64,000 nucleotides of DNA from Longimicrobiales bacterium (GTDB taxonomy: Bacteria; Gemmatimonadota; Gemmatimonadetes; Longimicrobiales; Gaopeijiaceae): assembly GCA_965218295.1 (NCBI GenBank), contig CBDCKN010000017.1, forward strand, positions 76,956 through 140,955. The letters run 5' to 3'. Shown piece by piece: positions 28,939 through 39,701 of the stretch. The number at the start of each line of letters is the position of its first letter. Positions within the stretch are counted from its first letter, which is position 1. Below the pieces are notes generated by a model. It was given only the letters and a program-made list of their open reading frames with translations. It was not told the origin of the DNA and did no database searches. A program made the translations under genes and the position numbers.

Positions 28939-30887
28939 TGGGATTCCTCTCACCGGTCTTCCTCCTGGCCGGACTGGCGGTGGCCGTACCCCTGATACTG
29001 CACCTCTTCCACCGTCACGACGCTCGCCGCGTGGCGTTTCCGGCCCTTCGCTACCTCCTGCGGACCGAGAAGGAGCATGCCCACACCATCCGGCTGCGCC
29101 AGCTGCTCCTCCTCCTGCTCCGGATGGCTGCCATCCTCTTGCTGGTTGGGGCCGGTACCCGACCCTTCCTTCGAGGTGGAGGTGGGGTGCATGATGCCAC
29201 CGCTGCGGTCATCGTTCTCGACAACTCCATGAGCTCGGGCCTAATTCGGGGAGGCAATCGGGTTCTCGACCTCCTGAAGGCGGTGGCCCTCAAGAGTGTC
29301 GACGGCGCCAGCGACGAAGACCGCGTCTGGCTCATCCGGGCAGGCCAGCCGTGGGAGGTGGCCATCAGTAGCACACGGGCGGAGCTGCGGAAAGCCATTC
29401 TCGCGACCGAAGTCACCGACGCGGCCGGAGATCTCCTCCCGGCTCTTGAAAGGGCGGTCGTGCTGGTCTCCGGCGCGGATCTGCCTGCGAGCGAGATCCA
29501 TCTGATCTCCGACATGCAGGCCTCGGCGTTCGCAGGTGCACCCACGACTTTGGCGCTCCAAGACATCCCCGTCGTCGTCTTCAACGCACGTGCCCCGATC
29601 CCGTGGAACGGTCACCTCGACAGCTTGCTGATTGGAGGGGGTCTGCCGCCCCTGGCCAACCAGCGCACTCGACTCTCCGTCCGGGTGTCCGGCACGGCCG
29701 ACGGCGGCGGCGTGCCCCTCCGCCTGGTGATCGGGAACCGCATCCGTGGCGCCGCCACCGCCCGTACCGGGGGGTCGACGATCCTCCCCCTCGGGCCCTT
29801 CACCATCGGTCGCGTGAGCGGTTACGTGGAGAGTGATCCCGACGACCTGCGGGGAGACAACCGACGCTACTTCACCTTCCGAGTGCGGCGGCCACCTACC
29901 GTGGCCACCGCTGGGGCATCCTCGTTTTTCCTCTCCGAGGCGTTCCCGGTCCTCACGGACGCGGGGCGGATTCGGTTGACTCCGCCGCAGGATGCGGAGG
30001 TCCTTGTCAGCGTGGCCGGATCCGGGGTGAGGGAGGCGACCGCAGCCGGGCGCGCCACGGTGGTCGTGCCGCCGGGGGATGCCACACTCCTCCCGGGCCT
30101 CAACAGAGCCCTCGCCGCAGCGGGGATTCCATGGCGATACGAGCTCACCGAAGGGCGGGGGGAGGCCGCCGTCACACGCTGGACTGGCCCGGTGGACCTG
30201 AGCGAAGTCCGAATCCGGTCCCACTACCTACTCACTCCCAACGACGACGGACTGGGGGCGGGCGTTCTCGCGCGCCTGTCGTCGGGGGAGCCCTGGCTGG
30301 TGGAGGGCACGACCCCCAGGGGTCCGTATCTCCTGATGGCCTCGGACCTGGAGCAGGAATCCACCAATCTGGCGGTAACCGCAGCCATGGTCCCGCTCCT
30401 GGAATGGATGGTGGCCCGCTGGGGAAATACCGACACCGGATCGGCAGGCATCATCGCGGGTGGAGCCATACCCACACCGCCGGGAGCCACGGCAATCCGG
30501 GACCCACAGGGAGCCCTGCACCCCGTGGACGGAGCGCAACCTTTCCGCGCCACCCGATGGACGGGACTGTACGAGGTCCTTCAGAGTGACTCCATCGTGA
30601 ACGTGGTGGCCGTCAACGCGCCCCTGTCGGAGTCGGTCCTGACACCCATCGAGCTCGACGACCTGGAGGCTCTCGTTCCCGGACCCATGACCGTGGTGGC
30701 GGACAGTGCTCGATGGACCCGTGCTCTCTTCTCCACGGGTCAGGGGCCTGAGATCTGGCGGTGGCTGTTGGCCGCCGCCGTGCTGGTCCTTCTGGCCGAA
30801 AGCCTCGTGGCCGCCTCCGGACCTGCCGCAACCGGTCGACCCTCGGCTCCCGCCATCCACACGGCTCAGGATCCGACACCCGCCTGA
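28938..30887 (+). CDS. BatA N-terminal/vWA domain membrane protein
   Basis: FLSP.FL...PLILHL, DNSMSS MIDAS-like motif, C-terminal WRWLL..E TM. Confidence 0.85.
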   Translation: MGFLSPVFLLAGLAVAVPLILHLFHRHDARRVAFPALRYLLRTEKEHAHTIRLRQLLLLLLRMAAILLLVGAGTRPFLRGGGGVHDATAAVIVLDNSMSSGLIRGGNRVLDLLKAVALKSVDGASDEDRVWLIRAGQPWEVAISSTRAELRKAILATEVTDAAGDLLPALERAVVLVSGADLPASEIHLISDMQASAFAGAPTTLALQDIPVVVFNARAPIPWNGHLDSLLIGGGLPPLANQRTRLSVRVSGTADGGGVPLRLVIGNRIRGAATARTGGSTILPLGPFTIGRVSGYVESDPDDLRGDNRRYFTFRVRRPPTVATAGASSFFLSEAFPVLTDAGRIRLTPPQDAEVLVSVAGSGVREATAAGRATVVVPPGDATLLPGLNRALAAAGIPWRYELTEGRGEAAVTRWTGPVDLSEVRIRSHYLLTPNDDGLGAGVLARLSSGEPWLVEGTTPRGPYLLMASDLEQESTNLAVTAAMVPLLEWMVARWGNTDTGSAGIIAGGAIPTPPGATAIRDPQGALHPVDGAQPFRATRWTGLYEVLQSDSIVNVVAVNAPLSESVLTPIELDDLEALVPGPMTVVADSARWTRALFSTGQGPEIWRWLLAAAVLVLLAESLVAASGPAATGRPSAPAIHTAQDPTPA

Positions 30888-30889
30888 TC

Positions 30890-33800
30890 GTGTCCGGCAG
30901 TCCCCACCCCATCGTTCAGGCCATAAGCACGTGCCCCGGCTTCGAGCGGTTGTGCCGTCAGCTACCGGACCGCGGGCAGCGTCGCGTTCTCGGTGGCGCG
31001 GTCGGCTCGGCATCCACGGCCCTGGTCGCAGCCCTGCACGAGCGCTTCGCGACCAGGATGCTGGTGGTCGTCACACCGTCGCCACAATCGGCCACCAATG
31101 CGGAGGCGGACCTGGAGGCCCTGCTCGGTCGAGAGGAGTCCTTCCTGTTTCCCCAGAGGGAGGCCCTCCCCTACGAGTCGAGCGAGCCACACCTGGAGAT
31201 CGGAGGGCTCCGGGTCGAAGCCGTGGAAGCCCTTCTGGGGGGCCGGGCACGGCTGCTGGTGACGACCTTGCGCGCGTTGCAGGAGCGGGCCCCGATCCCG
31301 GCAGGTTTGGCAGAGCTCCGGATCACTCTGCGAACGCGAGGGGAGCCGGGTTTCCATCGCCTGATACAAGACCTCGACAAGCGGGGCTTCGAGCGGGTTC
31401 CCCTGGTGGAGGAAGTGGGACAGTACGCGGTGCGTGGCGGCCTCCTCGACATCTTCTCGTTCGGGACTCCCGAGCCGTTCCGTGTGGAGTTCTGGGGCGA
31501 CGAGATCGTGTCGCTTCGCTTCTTCGACATCCTGGACCAGCGCTCGAAGGGGTCGACGGACGACGTCCATATCCTTCCGGTGGACTTCCACAGGGAGCGA
31601 GACGACGGGGCCGTGGTCTCCCGGTCACTTCTGGAGCTTCTCCCCGCGGACGTGCTCCTATTCCGGTTCGGAGACGAGGATTGGTCGGCCGAGCTCACCC
31701 GCACCTGGGGCCACGTGTGTCGCCTCCACGACGAGCTCGAGGCAGAAGGAAAGGCGCCCGACGGGCCCGAGACCCTCTTCGTCGACGCTCAGGAGGCCGA
31801 GGAGCGACTCTCGAGCCTCGCCCGGGTCGACGTCTCGCCCGAGTCAAACGACGCCCTCGAGCTGGCGTGCACACCGCCGCCCGTCATCGACCGCGACATG
31901 TCCCGGCTGGGAGCGGCCCTTCGGGCGGCCTCCGGCATGGGGCAGAAGAGCCTCGTCCTGTGCGATAACCGCGGCCAGTGCGACCGGCTCGAAGAGATCC
32001 TCGGTGGCCCCGAGAAGATCCCTCCCGGAGCCCATGTCGTAGTGGGCTCCCTCGCCGCTGGCTTCGTCCTCGAGTGCGCTGAGCCTCCGCTTCAGGTCTT
32101 TACGGACCACGAGATTTTCCGGCGCTCCAGGAGAGTGCGCAGGGGTCGGCGCTTCCGGGGAGCCGTGGCGCTGGAAAGTCTCTCGCAGCTGTCCCCCGGA
32201 GACCACGTCGTGCACATGGAGCACGGGGTCGGAGTCTTCAGAGGGCTGGAGCGAGTCGACATCGCAGGCGAGGAGCTCGAGTCCATGGCCATCGAGTACG
32301 CCGGGGAGGAGGTCCTCCGCTTGCCCGTATCCCGCTTGGATCTCGTAGAGCGGTGGGTCGGCGAATCGGACACGGCCAAGCCCCCCACCCTGCACCGAAT
32401 CGGCGGCAAGCGCTGGAAGACCTTGAAGCGCCGAACCAGCCAAGCCATCGAGAAGATGACGATCGAGCTGCTCGAGCTCTACGCGAGGCGCTCGACGATC
32501 CAGGGGTTCGCCTACTCCCATGATACCCTCTGGCAAAAGGAGATGGAATCCTCGTTCCTCTATGAGGATACTCCGGACCAGCGGCTCGCGACGGAGGACG
32601 TGAAGCGCGACATGGAGTCTTCCGGGCCGATGGATCGGCTGATCTGCGGAGACGTGGGATACGGCAAGACCGAGGTCGCCATCCGGGCGGCCTTCAAGGC
32701 AGTCCAAGACGGCAAGCAGGTGGCCCTACTCGCCCCCACCACTGTTCTCGTCGAGCAGCACCGCCACACGTTCGAAGAGCGACTGGCCGACTACCCAGTG
32801 AAAATCGGCGCTTTGAGCCGCTTCCGGACGCCGAAGGAGCAGAAGCTGCTCCTCAAGAAGTTGAAGACCGGCGAAATGGACATCGTCATCGGAACCCACC
32901 GCCTCCTTTCCAAGGACGTGGAGCTGGCACGGCTCGGCCTGCTCATCGTGGACGAGGAGCAAAGGTTCGGTGTCCGGCACAAGGAGCGCCTCAAGCAGCT
33001 CCGAGCCTCCGTGGACGTGCTGACACTCACGGCGACCCCCATCCCCCGGACGCTGTACCTGTCCCTCACGGGGATTCGCGACCTCTCACTCATACGAACA
33101 CCGCCGCGGGACCGCATTCCGATCATCACCCACGTGGTTCCATGGTCCGATCAGATCATCGCCGAGTCCCTCCAGCGGGAGTTGGACCGGGGGGGGCAGG
33201 CGTTCTTCCTGCACAACCTGGTGGCGACCATTCACGGGGCCGCGGACCACGTGCAAGACCTGGCCCCGGAAGCCCGGGTTGACGTAGCCCACGGGCAGAT
33301 GAAGTCGCGGGAGCTGGACCGGGTCATGCGCGATTTCGTCGACGGCGAGATCGACGTGCTGGTGTGCTCATCCATCATCGAGAATGGGCTCGACGTACCG
33401 AACGCGAATACGCTCATCGTAAACCAGGCCGACCACTTCGGACTGTCCCAACTGTACCAGATCCGGGGGCGGGTGGGGCGCTCTGACCGCCGGGCCTATT
33501 GCTACCTGATCGTGCCGGACTACCTCACGGACGAAGCCGAGCGCCGCCTTCGGGTGCTGGAGCACTACACCGAGCTGGGGAGCGGCTACTCGGTAGCGCT
33601 ACGCGACATGGAGCTCAGAGGCGCGGGAAACCTCCTGGGGGGCGATCAGTCCGGGTTCGCCCACGCCATCGGCATAGACGCCTACATGCGTCTTCTGGAG
33701 CAGACCGTGAAGCGGGTCAAGGAAGGCGAGGAGGAGCCCGAGTATCCGCACCCGGAAATCACCATGACGGGATCGGCGTACCTACCCGACGAATACGTGC

Positions 33801-34201
33801 CGGACTCGGGGCAGAAGCTGCACCTCTACCGTCGCCTGTCGAAGCTCACCCGCATCGCGGAAGTTGACGCCCTCGGCGAAGAGTTGGAAGATCGATTCGG
33901 GGTTCTTCCGGAGGAGGTACAGCGCCTCCTCGATGGAGCCGGGTTGAGGATCCTCGGGCGCAAGCTGGGGATTGAGCGTATCCTCCTTCGAGACGGAGAG
34001 GCGAGGGTGAACTTCCGCTCCACCGCCATGCCCCGTCTCGCCGTGTTGGAGGGTCCACTCCGCGACCGTCAGGTCGATGTCGAGGTCCGGAGAATGGCGC
34101 CTCTCTCCCTGGCCCTTCATCAAGCCGGGCCCGATACGCTAGTTTCGACGCTGATCCTCGCTCTTTCGACTTTATTAAATACTCGAAGTGACACCTCCTA
34201 A
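30890..34201 (+). CDS. mfd: Transcription-repair coupling factor
   Basis: GDVGYGKTEVA, DEEQRFGV, TATPIPRTL, QIRGRVGR, DMELRGAGNLLG; start inferred. Confidence 0.98.
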   Translation: MSGSPHPIVQAISTCPGFERLCRQLPDRGQRRVLGGAVGSASTALVAALHERFATRMLVVVTPSPQSATNAEADLEALLGREESFLFPQREALPYESSEPHLEIGGLRVEAVEALLGGRARLLVTTLRALQERAPIPAGLAELRITLRTRGEPGFHRLIQDLDKRGFERVPLVEEVGQYAVRGGLLDIFSFGTPEPFRVEFWGDEIVSLRFFDILDQRSKGSTDDVHILPVDFHRERDDGAVVSRSLLELLPADVLLFRFGDEDWSAELTRTWGHVCRLHDELEAEGKAPDGPETLFVDAQEAEERLSSLARVDVSPESNDALELACTPPPVIDRDMSRLGAALRAASGMGQKSLVLCDNRGQCDRLEEILGGPEKIPPGAHVVVGSLAAGFVLECAEPPLQVFTDHEIFRRSRRVRRGRRFRGAVALESLSQLSPGDHVVHMEHGVGVFRGLERVDIAGEELESMAIEYAGEEVLRLPVSRLDLVERWVGESDTAKPPTLHRIGGKRWKTLKRRTSQAIEKMTIELLELYARRSTIQGFAYSHDTLWQKEMESSFLYEDTPDQRLATEDVKRDMESSGPMDRLICGDVGYGKTEVAIRAAFKAVQDGKQVALLAPTTVLVEQHRHTFEERLADYPVKIGALSRFRTPKEQKLLLKKLKTGEMDIVIGTHRLLSKDVELARLGLLIVDEEQRFGVRHKERLKQLRASVDVLTLTATPIPRTLYLSLTGIRDLSLIRTPPRDRIPIITHVVPWSDQIIAESLQRELDRGGQAFFLHNLVATIHGAADHVQDLAPEARVDVAHGQMKSRELDRVMRDFVDGEIDVLVCSSIIENGLDVPNANTLIVNQADHFGLSQLYQIRGRVGRSDRRAYCYLIVPDYLTDEAERRLRVLEHYTELGSGYSVALRDMELRGAGNLLGGDQSGFAHAIGIDAYMRLLEQTVKRVKEGEEEPEYPHPEITMTGSAYLPDEYVPDSGQKLHLYRRLSKLTRIAEVDALGEELEDRFGVLPEEVQRLLDGAGLRILGRKLGIERILLRDGEARVNFRSTAMPRLAVLEGPLRDRQVDVEVRRMAPLSLALHQAGPDTLVSTLILALSTLLNTRSDTS

Positions 34202-34226
34202 CCATATGCCATATCACAGTTTAAGG

Positions 34227-35690
34227 ATGACAGCGATGCTTTTGACCAAACCCCTCCACCGGGTGGGACGTGCCGTCCGCGCGACGGCTCTGGGATTGGG
34301 CGCGATCCTCATGGCGTGTGATGCGGGGTCCGACCGGATCGTGGCGACCGCCGGCGACCACGAGCTCTCGGTCGACCAATTGGTGGACCTCCTGGCCCGC
34401 CAGAACACGGTTGCCAGTCAGCCGCAGGTCGTGGATGCGCTCGCCAACTTCTGGGTCGACTACACCCTCCTGGCCATAGCGGCCCAGGAGGACTCCCTCT
34501 TCACCGATCTGGATCTGAGCCCTCTCCTGGAGCCTCAGTTCCAGCAGGAGATCATCGACAACTACCTCGGATCGGTCGTAGCGCCGGACACCGCCCTCTC
34601 GGACGACGAGCTCAGGGAGCTGTGGGACGCGGATCCGCCCGAGGATTCCGTTCGGGCACGGCACATCCTGCTGACCTTTCCGGACCCAGCCACCCAGGCT
34701 CAGGTCGACAGCGTCGTAAACCTTGCGATCGAGTTCAAGAACCGGACCATGGCGGGGGAGTCCTTCGAGGCGCTGGCACGCCGATACTCCGAGGATCCAG
34801 GCAGTGGGCCGCTCGGCGGAGATCTCGGTTACTTCGGGCCCGGCGCCATGGTACAGCCTTTCGAGGAGGCGACGTACGCCCTCGAGGTGGGGGCCGTGAG
34901 TGATCCCGTACAGAGCTCGTTCGGGCTGCACGTGATCCAGCTCGTCGACCGTAAACCAACAACCTTCGAGAGTGGTGCAGCCTCCTTCCGAGATGTCGTG
35001 GTCGCTCAACGCGTTCGTGAGGCCGACTCGACCTTCCTCGCCGCCTTGGACGAGGAAGCTGGCATCGAGGTCACGCCGGAAGCTGTGACAGTCCTGAGAG
35101 AGCTCGCGGCCAGGCCACGGGGCGCCCTGAGTGGACGGGCCGCCGGTCGGACGATGGTCGACTATCGAGGCGGAGCCTATGCGGCAGGCGATCTCCTCGA
35201 CTTCCTGCAGACCACGCCTCCGGAGTTCGCAGCCCAGGTGCTGGGCTCGCCGGACGAGAACCTGAGTGCGCTTCTCCGGCGGCTGGGTCAGGCACGAGTG
35301 CTGCTCGCCAGGGCGGAGGATGCCAGCGTCACCCTATCTGAGGAACGCCAGGACACGTTGTATCGCATGACGCGTGAACAGGTGATCCAGGCATCCGATG
35401 CCCTAGGGATCCGTCAGATAACGGTGCTGGAGAACGAGACGCCCGATGAGGCGCTCGATCGCACGCTGCTTCAGGTCATGCGGGAGCTCGTGGCCGGCAC
35501 ACGCAACGCCATCTCCCTCAGCGTCGTCACCGTGGCACTCCGAAGAGAGACGGACTGGTCGATTTCGGGTCGCTCGATCACGGCCACGGTCGCGCGGATC
35601 GATGAGCTTGTTGGATCCACGGAAGGCACCCAGCCTCAGGCGGTGCCCACCGTGCCAGGCGGAGCCCCGCAGGACACGATCGGGAATTGA
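34227..35690 (+). CDS. Parvulin-type peptidyl-prolyl isomerase, probable lipoprotein
   Basis: ARHIL, YSEDPGS...GGDLG, MVQPFE, SSFGLHVI; LMAC lipobox; start uncertain. Confidence 0.85.
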   Translation: MTAMLLTKPLHRVGRAVRATALGLGAILMACDAGSDRIVATAGDHELSVDQLVDLLARQNTVASQPQVVDALANFWVDYTLLAIAAQEDSLFTDLDLSPLLEPQFQQEIIDNYLGSVVAPDTALSDDELRELWDADPPEDSVRARHILLTFPDPATQAQVDSVVNLAIEFKNRTMAGESFEALARRYSEDPGSGPLGGDLGYFGPGAMVQPFEEATYALEVGAVSDPVQSSFGLHVIQLVDRKPTTFESGAASFRDVVVAQRVREADSTFLAALDEEAGIEVTPEAVTVLRELAARPRGALSGRAAGRTMVDYRGGAYAAGDLLDFLQTTPPEFAAQVLGSPDENLSALLRRLGQARVLLARAEDASVTLSEERQDTLYRMTREQVIQASDALGIRQITVLENETPDEALDRTLLQVMRELVAGTRNAISLSVVTVALRRETDWSISGRSITATVARIDELVGSTEGTQPQAVPTVPGGAPQDTIGN

Positions 35691-35744
35691 CAAACTCGTC
35701 GGTGCTTTCCGGAACATGACTTTTCCAAGAGGTTTAGACAACGG

Positions 35745-37112
35745 ATGAGATACCGTTCGACGAGACCAGAAACCGTAATCCGAGCCCGTGGTCGGGCCAT
35801 TGGCGCCGTGCTGCTTATCGGGGTGACCCTGGCGAGCACGGCCAGGCCGGCCTTCGGCCAGAACCCCCCGGGCCTCACCGACGTAGTCGAGCAGGTCGCC
35901 GCGGTGGTGGGTGACTCCGTGATCCTGATGACGGAGATCGATTCCTACCTTCTTCGGTTGGCTTCGCAGGGTTGGACGCGCCCCGAGACCACGGCCGAGC
36001 TCATGGCCTTCAAAGCCGACGTGCTCGATCTCCTCATCAACGAACAGCTGGTGATCCAGGATGCAGGGCGGGACAGCACTCTCGCGGTCAGTGAGGAGGA
36101 GCTGGAAGATCGGCTCCAGCTGGAGATCGACGGGCAGGTCCGTCAGTTCGGCACCCTCGCGCGGCTACAAGAGGCTCTCGCGGCGCAGAACATGACCATG
36201 TCCGTCTTCCGGGACCAACGCAGAGGCGCTATCAAGCGTCAGCTACTGCAGGAGCGGTACATGGCGAAGAAGGGCCGGAGCGCCGCGGAGATCTACGTCT
36301 CCGAGGCGGAGCTCAGGGCCTTCTTCGACGAGAACCGGGAGCAGATGCCTCAGCTCCCTCCCACCGTCCGCTTCATGAATCTCCAGCTACAGCCCGAACC
36401 GTCCGACTCCGCCAAGGCAGCGGCGGTCGCGGAGGCGGAAAGCATTCTGCGGATGATCAGGGACGGCACCGCCGACGACTTCGGAGAGCTGGCGAAGCAG
36501 TACTCGGACGGACCGTCGGCTGGGAGCGGGGGAGAGCTCGGCTGGATCCGTCGTGACGGCAGCTTCGTCGAGGAGTTTGAAGAGGCCGCATTCCTGCTGT
36601 CGCCCGGGATGGTGAGCGTCCCGGTGGAGACCGACTTCGGGTACCACTTGATCCTGGTCGAACGGGTGCGAGGCGGAGAGCGACGGGTGCGGCATATCCT
36701 CATCCAGCCGGAGATCACGGAGGCGGATATCACCGCCAACCTGGAACGTGCCATCGAGTTCAGGAATCGGCTCCTCGCCGGAGAGGAGATGGCGGATCTG
36801 TCCGACGAGCCCGTGGACACGCTGGATCTGACCATCGCGGAGGTGAACCAGATCTCTGGCGCCTACGCTCGCGCCCTCCAGAACGCGGAGCCAGGTGACA
36901 TCCTGGGCCCCCTGCGCTTCGAAGACCCCCGATCCGAGAACACGATCGGGATCGTGAGGGTGATGGAAATCAAGGGCGGCGGGAAGCTCCAGTTCGAGGA
37001 CGTCCGGGATCAGATCGAGGCCCGCCTAAAGTCCCAGCTCCTCAGCGAGAAAGTGGTCGAAGGCTTGAGGAACCGCGTATTCATCGAAATCCGCCTCGTC
37101 GGAGCGCGCTGA
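35745..37112 (+). CDS. surA: SurA-like chaperone/peptidyl-prolyl isomerase
   Basis: VAAVVGDSVIL N-domain, GGELGW, TDFGYHLI, VRHILI; surA-pdxA gene order. Confidence 0.8.
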   Translation: MRYRSTRPETVIRARGRAIGAVLLIGVTLASTARPAFGQNPPGLTDVVEQVAAVVGDSVILMTEIDSYLLRLASQGWTRPETTAELMAFKADVLDLLINEQLVIQDAGRDSTLAVSEEELEDRLQLEIDGQVRQFGTLARLQEALAAQNMTMSVFRDQRRGAIKRQLLQERYMAKKGRSAAEIYVSEAELRAFFDENREQMPQLPPTVRFMNLQLQPEPSDSAKAAAVAEAESILRMIRDGTADDFGELAKQYSDGPSAGSGGELGWIRRDGSFVEEFEEAAFLLSPGMVSVPVETDFGYHLILVERVRGGERRVRHILIQPEITEADITANLERAIEFRNRLLAGEEMADLSDEPVDTLDLTIAEVNQISGAYARALQNAEPGDILGPLRFEDPRSENTIGIVRVMEIKGGGKLQFEDVRDQIEARLKSQLLSEKVVEGLRNRVFIEIRLVGAR

Positions 37113-37127
37113 CGCAGCGTATCGGCC

Positions 37128-38072
37128 ATGTCGGCGATCCGTCTAGCGGTCACGCTCGGTGACCCACGGGGCATCGGGCCCGAGATCGTAGCGAAGGCCA
37201 TCCGGAGCCTTCAGGACCGAAATGCCGCTTCCCCGGTCGTTCTGGTCGGCCCGCAAGGCTTCGACCCCGGACTTGGCCCCTACGAGTCGGTGGGTCCATT
37301 CGACGGGTCGGAGGCTTCGGCGGGCGTGGTGGCCGCCCTCGCCATAGAGCGTGCGGTGACCCTGGCCAGGGAAGGGTCGGTCTCGGCCATCGTCACGGGT
37401 CCCATTCACAAACCGGCGCTACGGGCGGCGGGCTATTCCGACCCAGGCCATACGGAGATGCTCCAGCGGCTCACCGGCTCCCCCGAGGTAGGGATGCTCA
37501 TGGCGGCCGAGGAGACCAAGGGCGGTGGCCCCCTCCGCGTGCTCCTGGCCACGACCCACGTCGCGCTGAGAAGCGTGCCCGATCTCGTCAGCCGCCGAGT
37601 GCTGGTAGCTCAAACGGCCCTCTTGAGCGAAGCACTCAACACCGGCTGGGGAATCAAGGAGCCCCGGATCGGGCTGTGCGCTCTCAATCCCCACGCGTCC
37701 GACGGAGGCCTTTTCGGGGACGAAGAGGCCGTAGTGTTCTTCCCTGCCGTGGAGGAGCTCCGGAAGGCGGGGGTGGACGTCCGGGGCCCTCTTCCAGCGG
37801 ATACGGTCTTCGGCCGCGCCCTCAGGGGGGAGTTCGACGCCGTGGTGGCGCCCTACCATGACGTGGGGATGGCCGCGTTCAAGACCGTCGCGTTCGGGCG
37901 GGGCGTAAACGTCACCCTGGGACTGCCCTTCGTACGAACGTCTCCCGACCACGGCACGGCCTTCGACCTGGTGGGAACCGACCGTGCCGACCCGTCTTCC
38001 ATGGAAGAGGCGATCCGCTTGGCGGCATGCATCGTGCAGAACCGTTTTGACACGCTGGCCCCCCAGGCTTAG
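37128..38072 (+). CDS. pdxA: 4-hydroxythreonine-4-phosphate dehydrogenase
   Basis: GDPRGIGPE, GHTE, LNPHA, YHD, RTSPDHGTAFD. Confidence 0.96.
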   Translation: MSAIRLAVTLGDPRGIGPEIVAKAIRSLQDRNAASPVVLVGPQGFDPGLGPYESVGPFDGSEASAGVVAALAIERAVTLAREGSVSAIVTGPIHKPALRAAGYSDPGHTEMLQRLTGSPEVGMLMAAEETKGGGPLRVLLATTHVALRSVPDLVSRRVLVAQTALLSEALNTGWGIKEPRIGLCALNPHASDGGLFGDEEAVVFFPAVEELRKAGVDVRGPLPADTVFGRALRGEFDAVVAPYHDVGMAAFKTVAFGRGVNVTLGLPFVRTSPDHGTAFDLVGTDRADPSSMEEAIRLAACIVQNRFDTLAPQA

Positions 38073-38144
38073 CTTTTCCTTCCGGGCACTCGTTGCTCCC
38101 GGAAGTGCATGGGAAACACCAACTTACGGGGTCGCGACAACCGC

Positions 38145-38840
38145 GTGATCAAGCTCATTCAAGTCACGAAAGAGTACGCCCGGGCAGAGCCGGCCCTCGA
38201 AGACATCTCCTTCCACCTGCCCAAGGGACAGTTCGCCTTCCTCACGGGCCATTCGGGCTCGGGCAAATCCACCACGCTGCGGCTCGTCCACATGGTGGAG
38301 CGACCTACCCGGGGAGAGGTCCGGGTAAGCGGATTCTCGTCGGAGCGCACCTCTCACCGCGAAGTCTGGAAGCTTCGCCGCCGTGTCGGCTACGTCTTCC
38401 AGGACTTCCGGTTGCTTCCGGACCGCACCGCGATGGAGAACGTGGCCTTCGCCCTCGAGGTGACGGGTGCCTCCAGGAAACAGATCCGGCCCCGTGCGCA
38501 GCGGCTGCTCGCGCAGGTGGGGCTGGCCCCGAAGGCCGGCTCCGCGATTCACGAGCTCTCCGGTGGAGAGCAGCAGCGGGTGGCCATCGCCCGCGCGCTC
38601 GCCAGTGAGCCCCTCCTTCTCCTGGCCGACGAGCCCACGGGCAACCTCGACGACCGCGCCACGCGCGGCATGATGGAGCTATTCTGGGAGATCAATGCCA
38701 TGGGCATGGCGGTGCTGATGGCCACACACGACCTGGAGCTGGTCCGCCGGTATCCGTCGGCGCGTGTCCTCGAGCTTGACCAGGGCCGGCTGGTCTACGA
38801 CTCGGACGAGAAGCAAGCGGTATCCGAGAGCGCGGACTGA
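38145..38840 (+). CDS. ftsE: Cell division ABC ATPase
   Basis: GHSGSGKST, VFQDFRLL, LSGGEQQRV, ADEPTGNLD; precedes ftsX. Confidence 0.94.
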   Translation: MIKLIQVTKEYARAEPALEDISFHLPKGQFAFLTGHSGSGKSTTLRLVHMVERPTRGEVRVSGFSSERTSHREVWKLRRRVGYVFQDFRLLPDRTAMENVAFALEVTGASRKQIRPRAQRLLAQVGLAPKAGSAIHELSGGEQQRVAIARALASEPLLLLADEPTGNLDDRATRGMMELFWEINAMGMAVLMATHDLELVRRYPSARVLELDQGRLVYDSDEKQAVSESAD

Positions 38841-38841
38841 C

Positions 38842-39699
38842 GTGCTGTATTCCACACGCGAAGCCGTCATGGCTTTCCGGCGAGCCCCGCTCCTGACGAG
38901 CCTGTCGGCCGCCATGGTGGGCCTGGCGCTCTTCGTGGTCGGATTGTTTGCGCTGGCGGCTCACAACCTGAGGCTCGCCCTTGACATCCTGGAGGAACGG
39001 GTGGAGATCGTGGCGTACCTCCGGGACGACGCGAGCACCGACGAGATCGCCAACATGGAGAGGGCTCTCTCGGCCTTGCCCGAGGTCCTCACCATCGAGT
39101 TCGTCACGAAGGACGAGGCGCTCGCAAAGGCACGCCGGGAGCTCCCCGAATTCCGCGAAGTGATGACGGACCTGGAGGTGAACCCTCTCCCGGCTTCGTT
39201 GGAGATAGAGCTCCGACCGGGCAGCCGGACGCCGGCCACCGTCGAGCGATTGGCCCAGCAGGCGAGGCTGTATCCCTTCGTGGAGGAGGTCCAGTACGGT
39301 CAGGAGTGGGTGGAAAAGCTCTTCACCCTCCGGCGCATGGGCGGTGTTACCGCCACTGTGCTGGGTTCCGCCTTCGCCGTGGTGGCCGCCCTCATCATAG
39401 GAACGGCGGTACGGATCGCCATCTTCGCCAGGCGTGAGGAGATCAAGGTGATGCAACTCGTGGGCGCCCGGGACGGCTTCATTCGGCGTCCCTTTCTCAT
39501 CGAAGGCGGGATCACGGGGGCCTTGGGCGGAGCCCTGGCGATCGGACTCACGTACGCGACCTTCAGAGCGGTCTTCCACTATCTCTTCTCCATAGCCTGG
39601 ATCCCCGTGGAGTGGGCCGGCGCGGGGCTTTTGATCGGAGTCGTCTTCGGTGTCATCGCCAGCAGCTTCGCCGTGCGCAAGCACCTGAGGGAAGTCTGA
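38842..39699 (+). CDS. ftsX: Cell division permease
   Basis: NPLPAS, RREEIKVMQLVGA..GFIRRPFLIEG. Confidence 0.94.
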   Translation: MLYSTREAVMAFRRAPLLTSLSAAMVGLALFVVGLFALAAHNLRLALDILEERVEIVAYLRDDASTDEIANMERALSALPEVLTIEFVTKDEALAKARRELPEFREVMTDLEVNPLPASLEIELRPGSRTPATVERLAQQARLYPFVEEVQYGQEWVEKLFTLRRMGGVTATVLGSAFAVVAALIIGTAVRIAIFARREEIKVMQLVGARDGFIRRPFLIEGGITGALGGALAIGLTYATFRAVFHYLFSIAWIPVEWAGAGLLIGVVFGVIASSFAVRKHLREV

Positions 39700-39701
39700 C
39701 C

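Noticed and set aside
28003..30887. DUF58 + BatA/vWA pair lacking an adjacent MoxR ATPase as a novel system
   Set aside because: This is a well-known MoxR-associated module; the ATPase is probably encoded elsewhere
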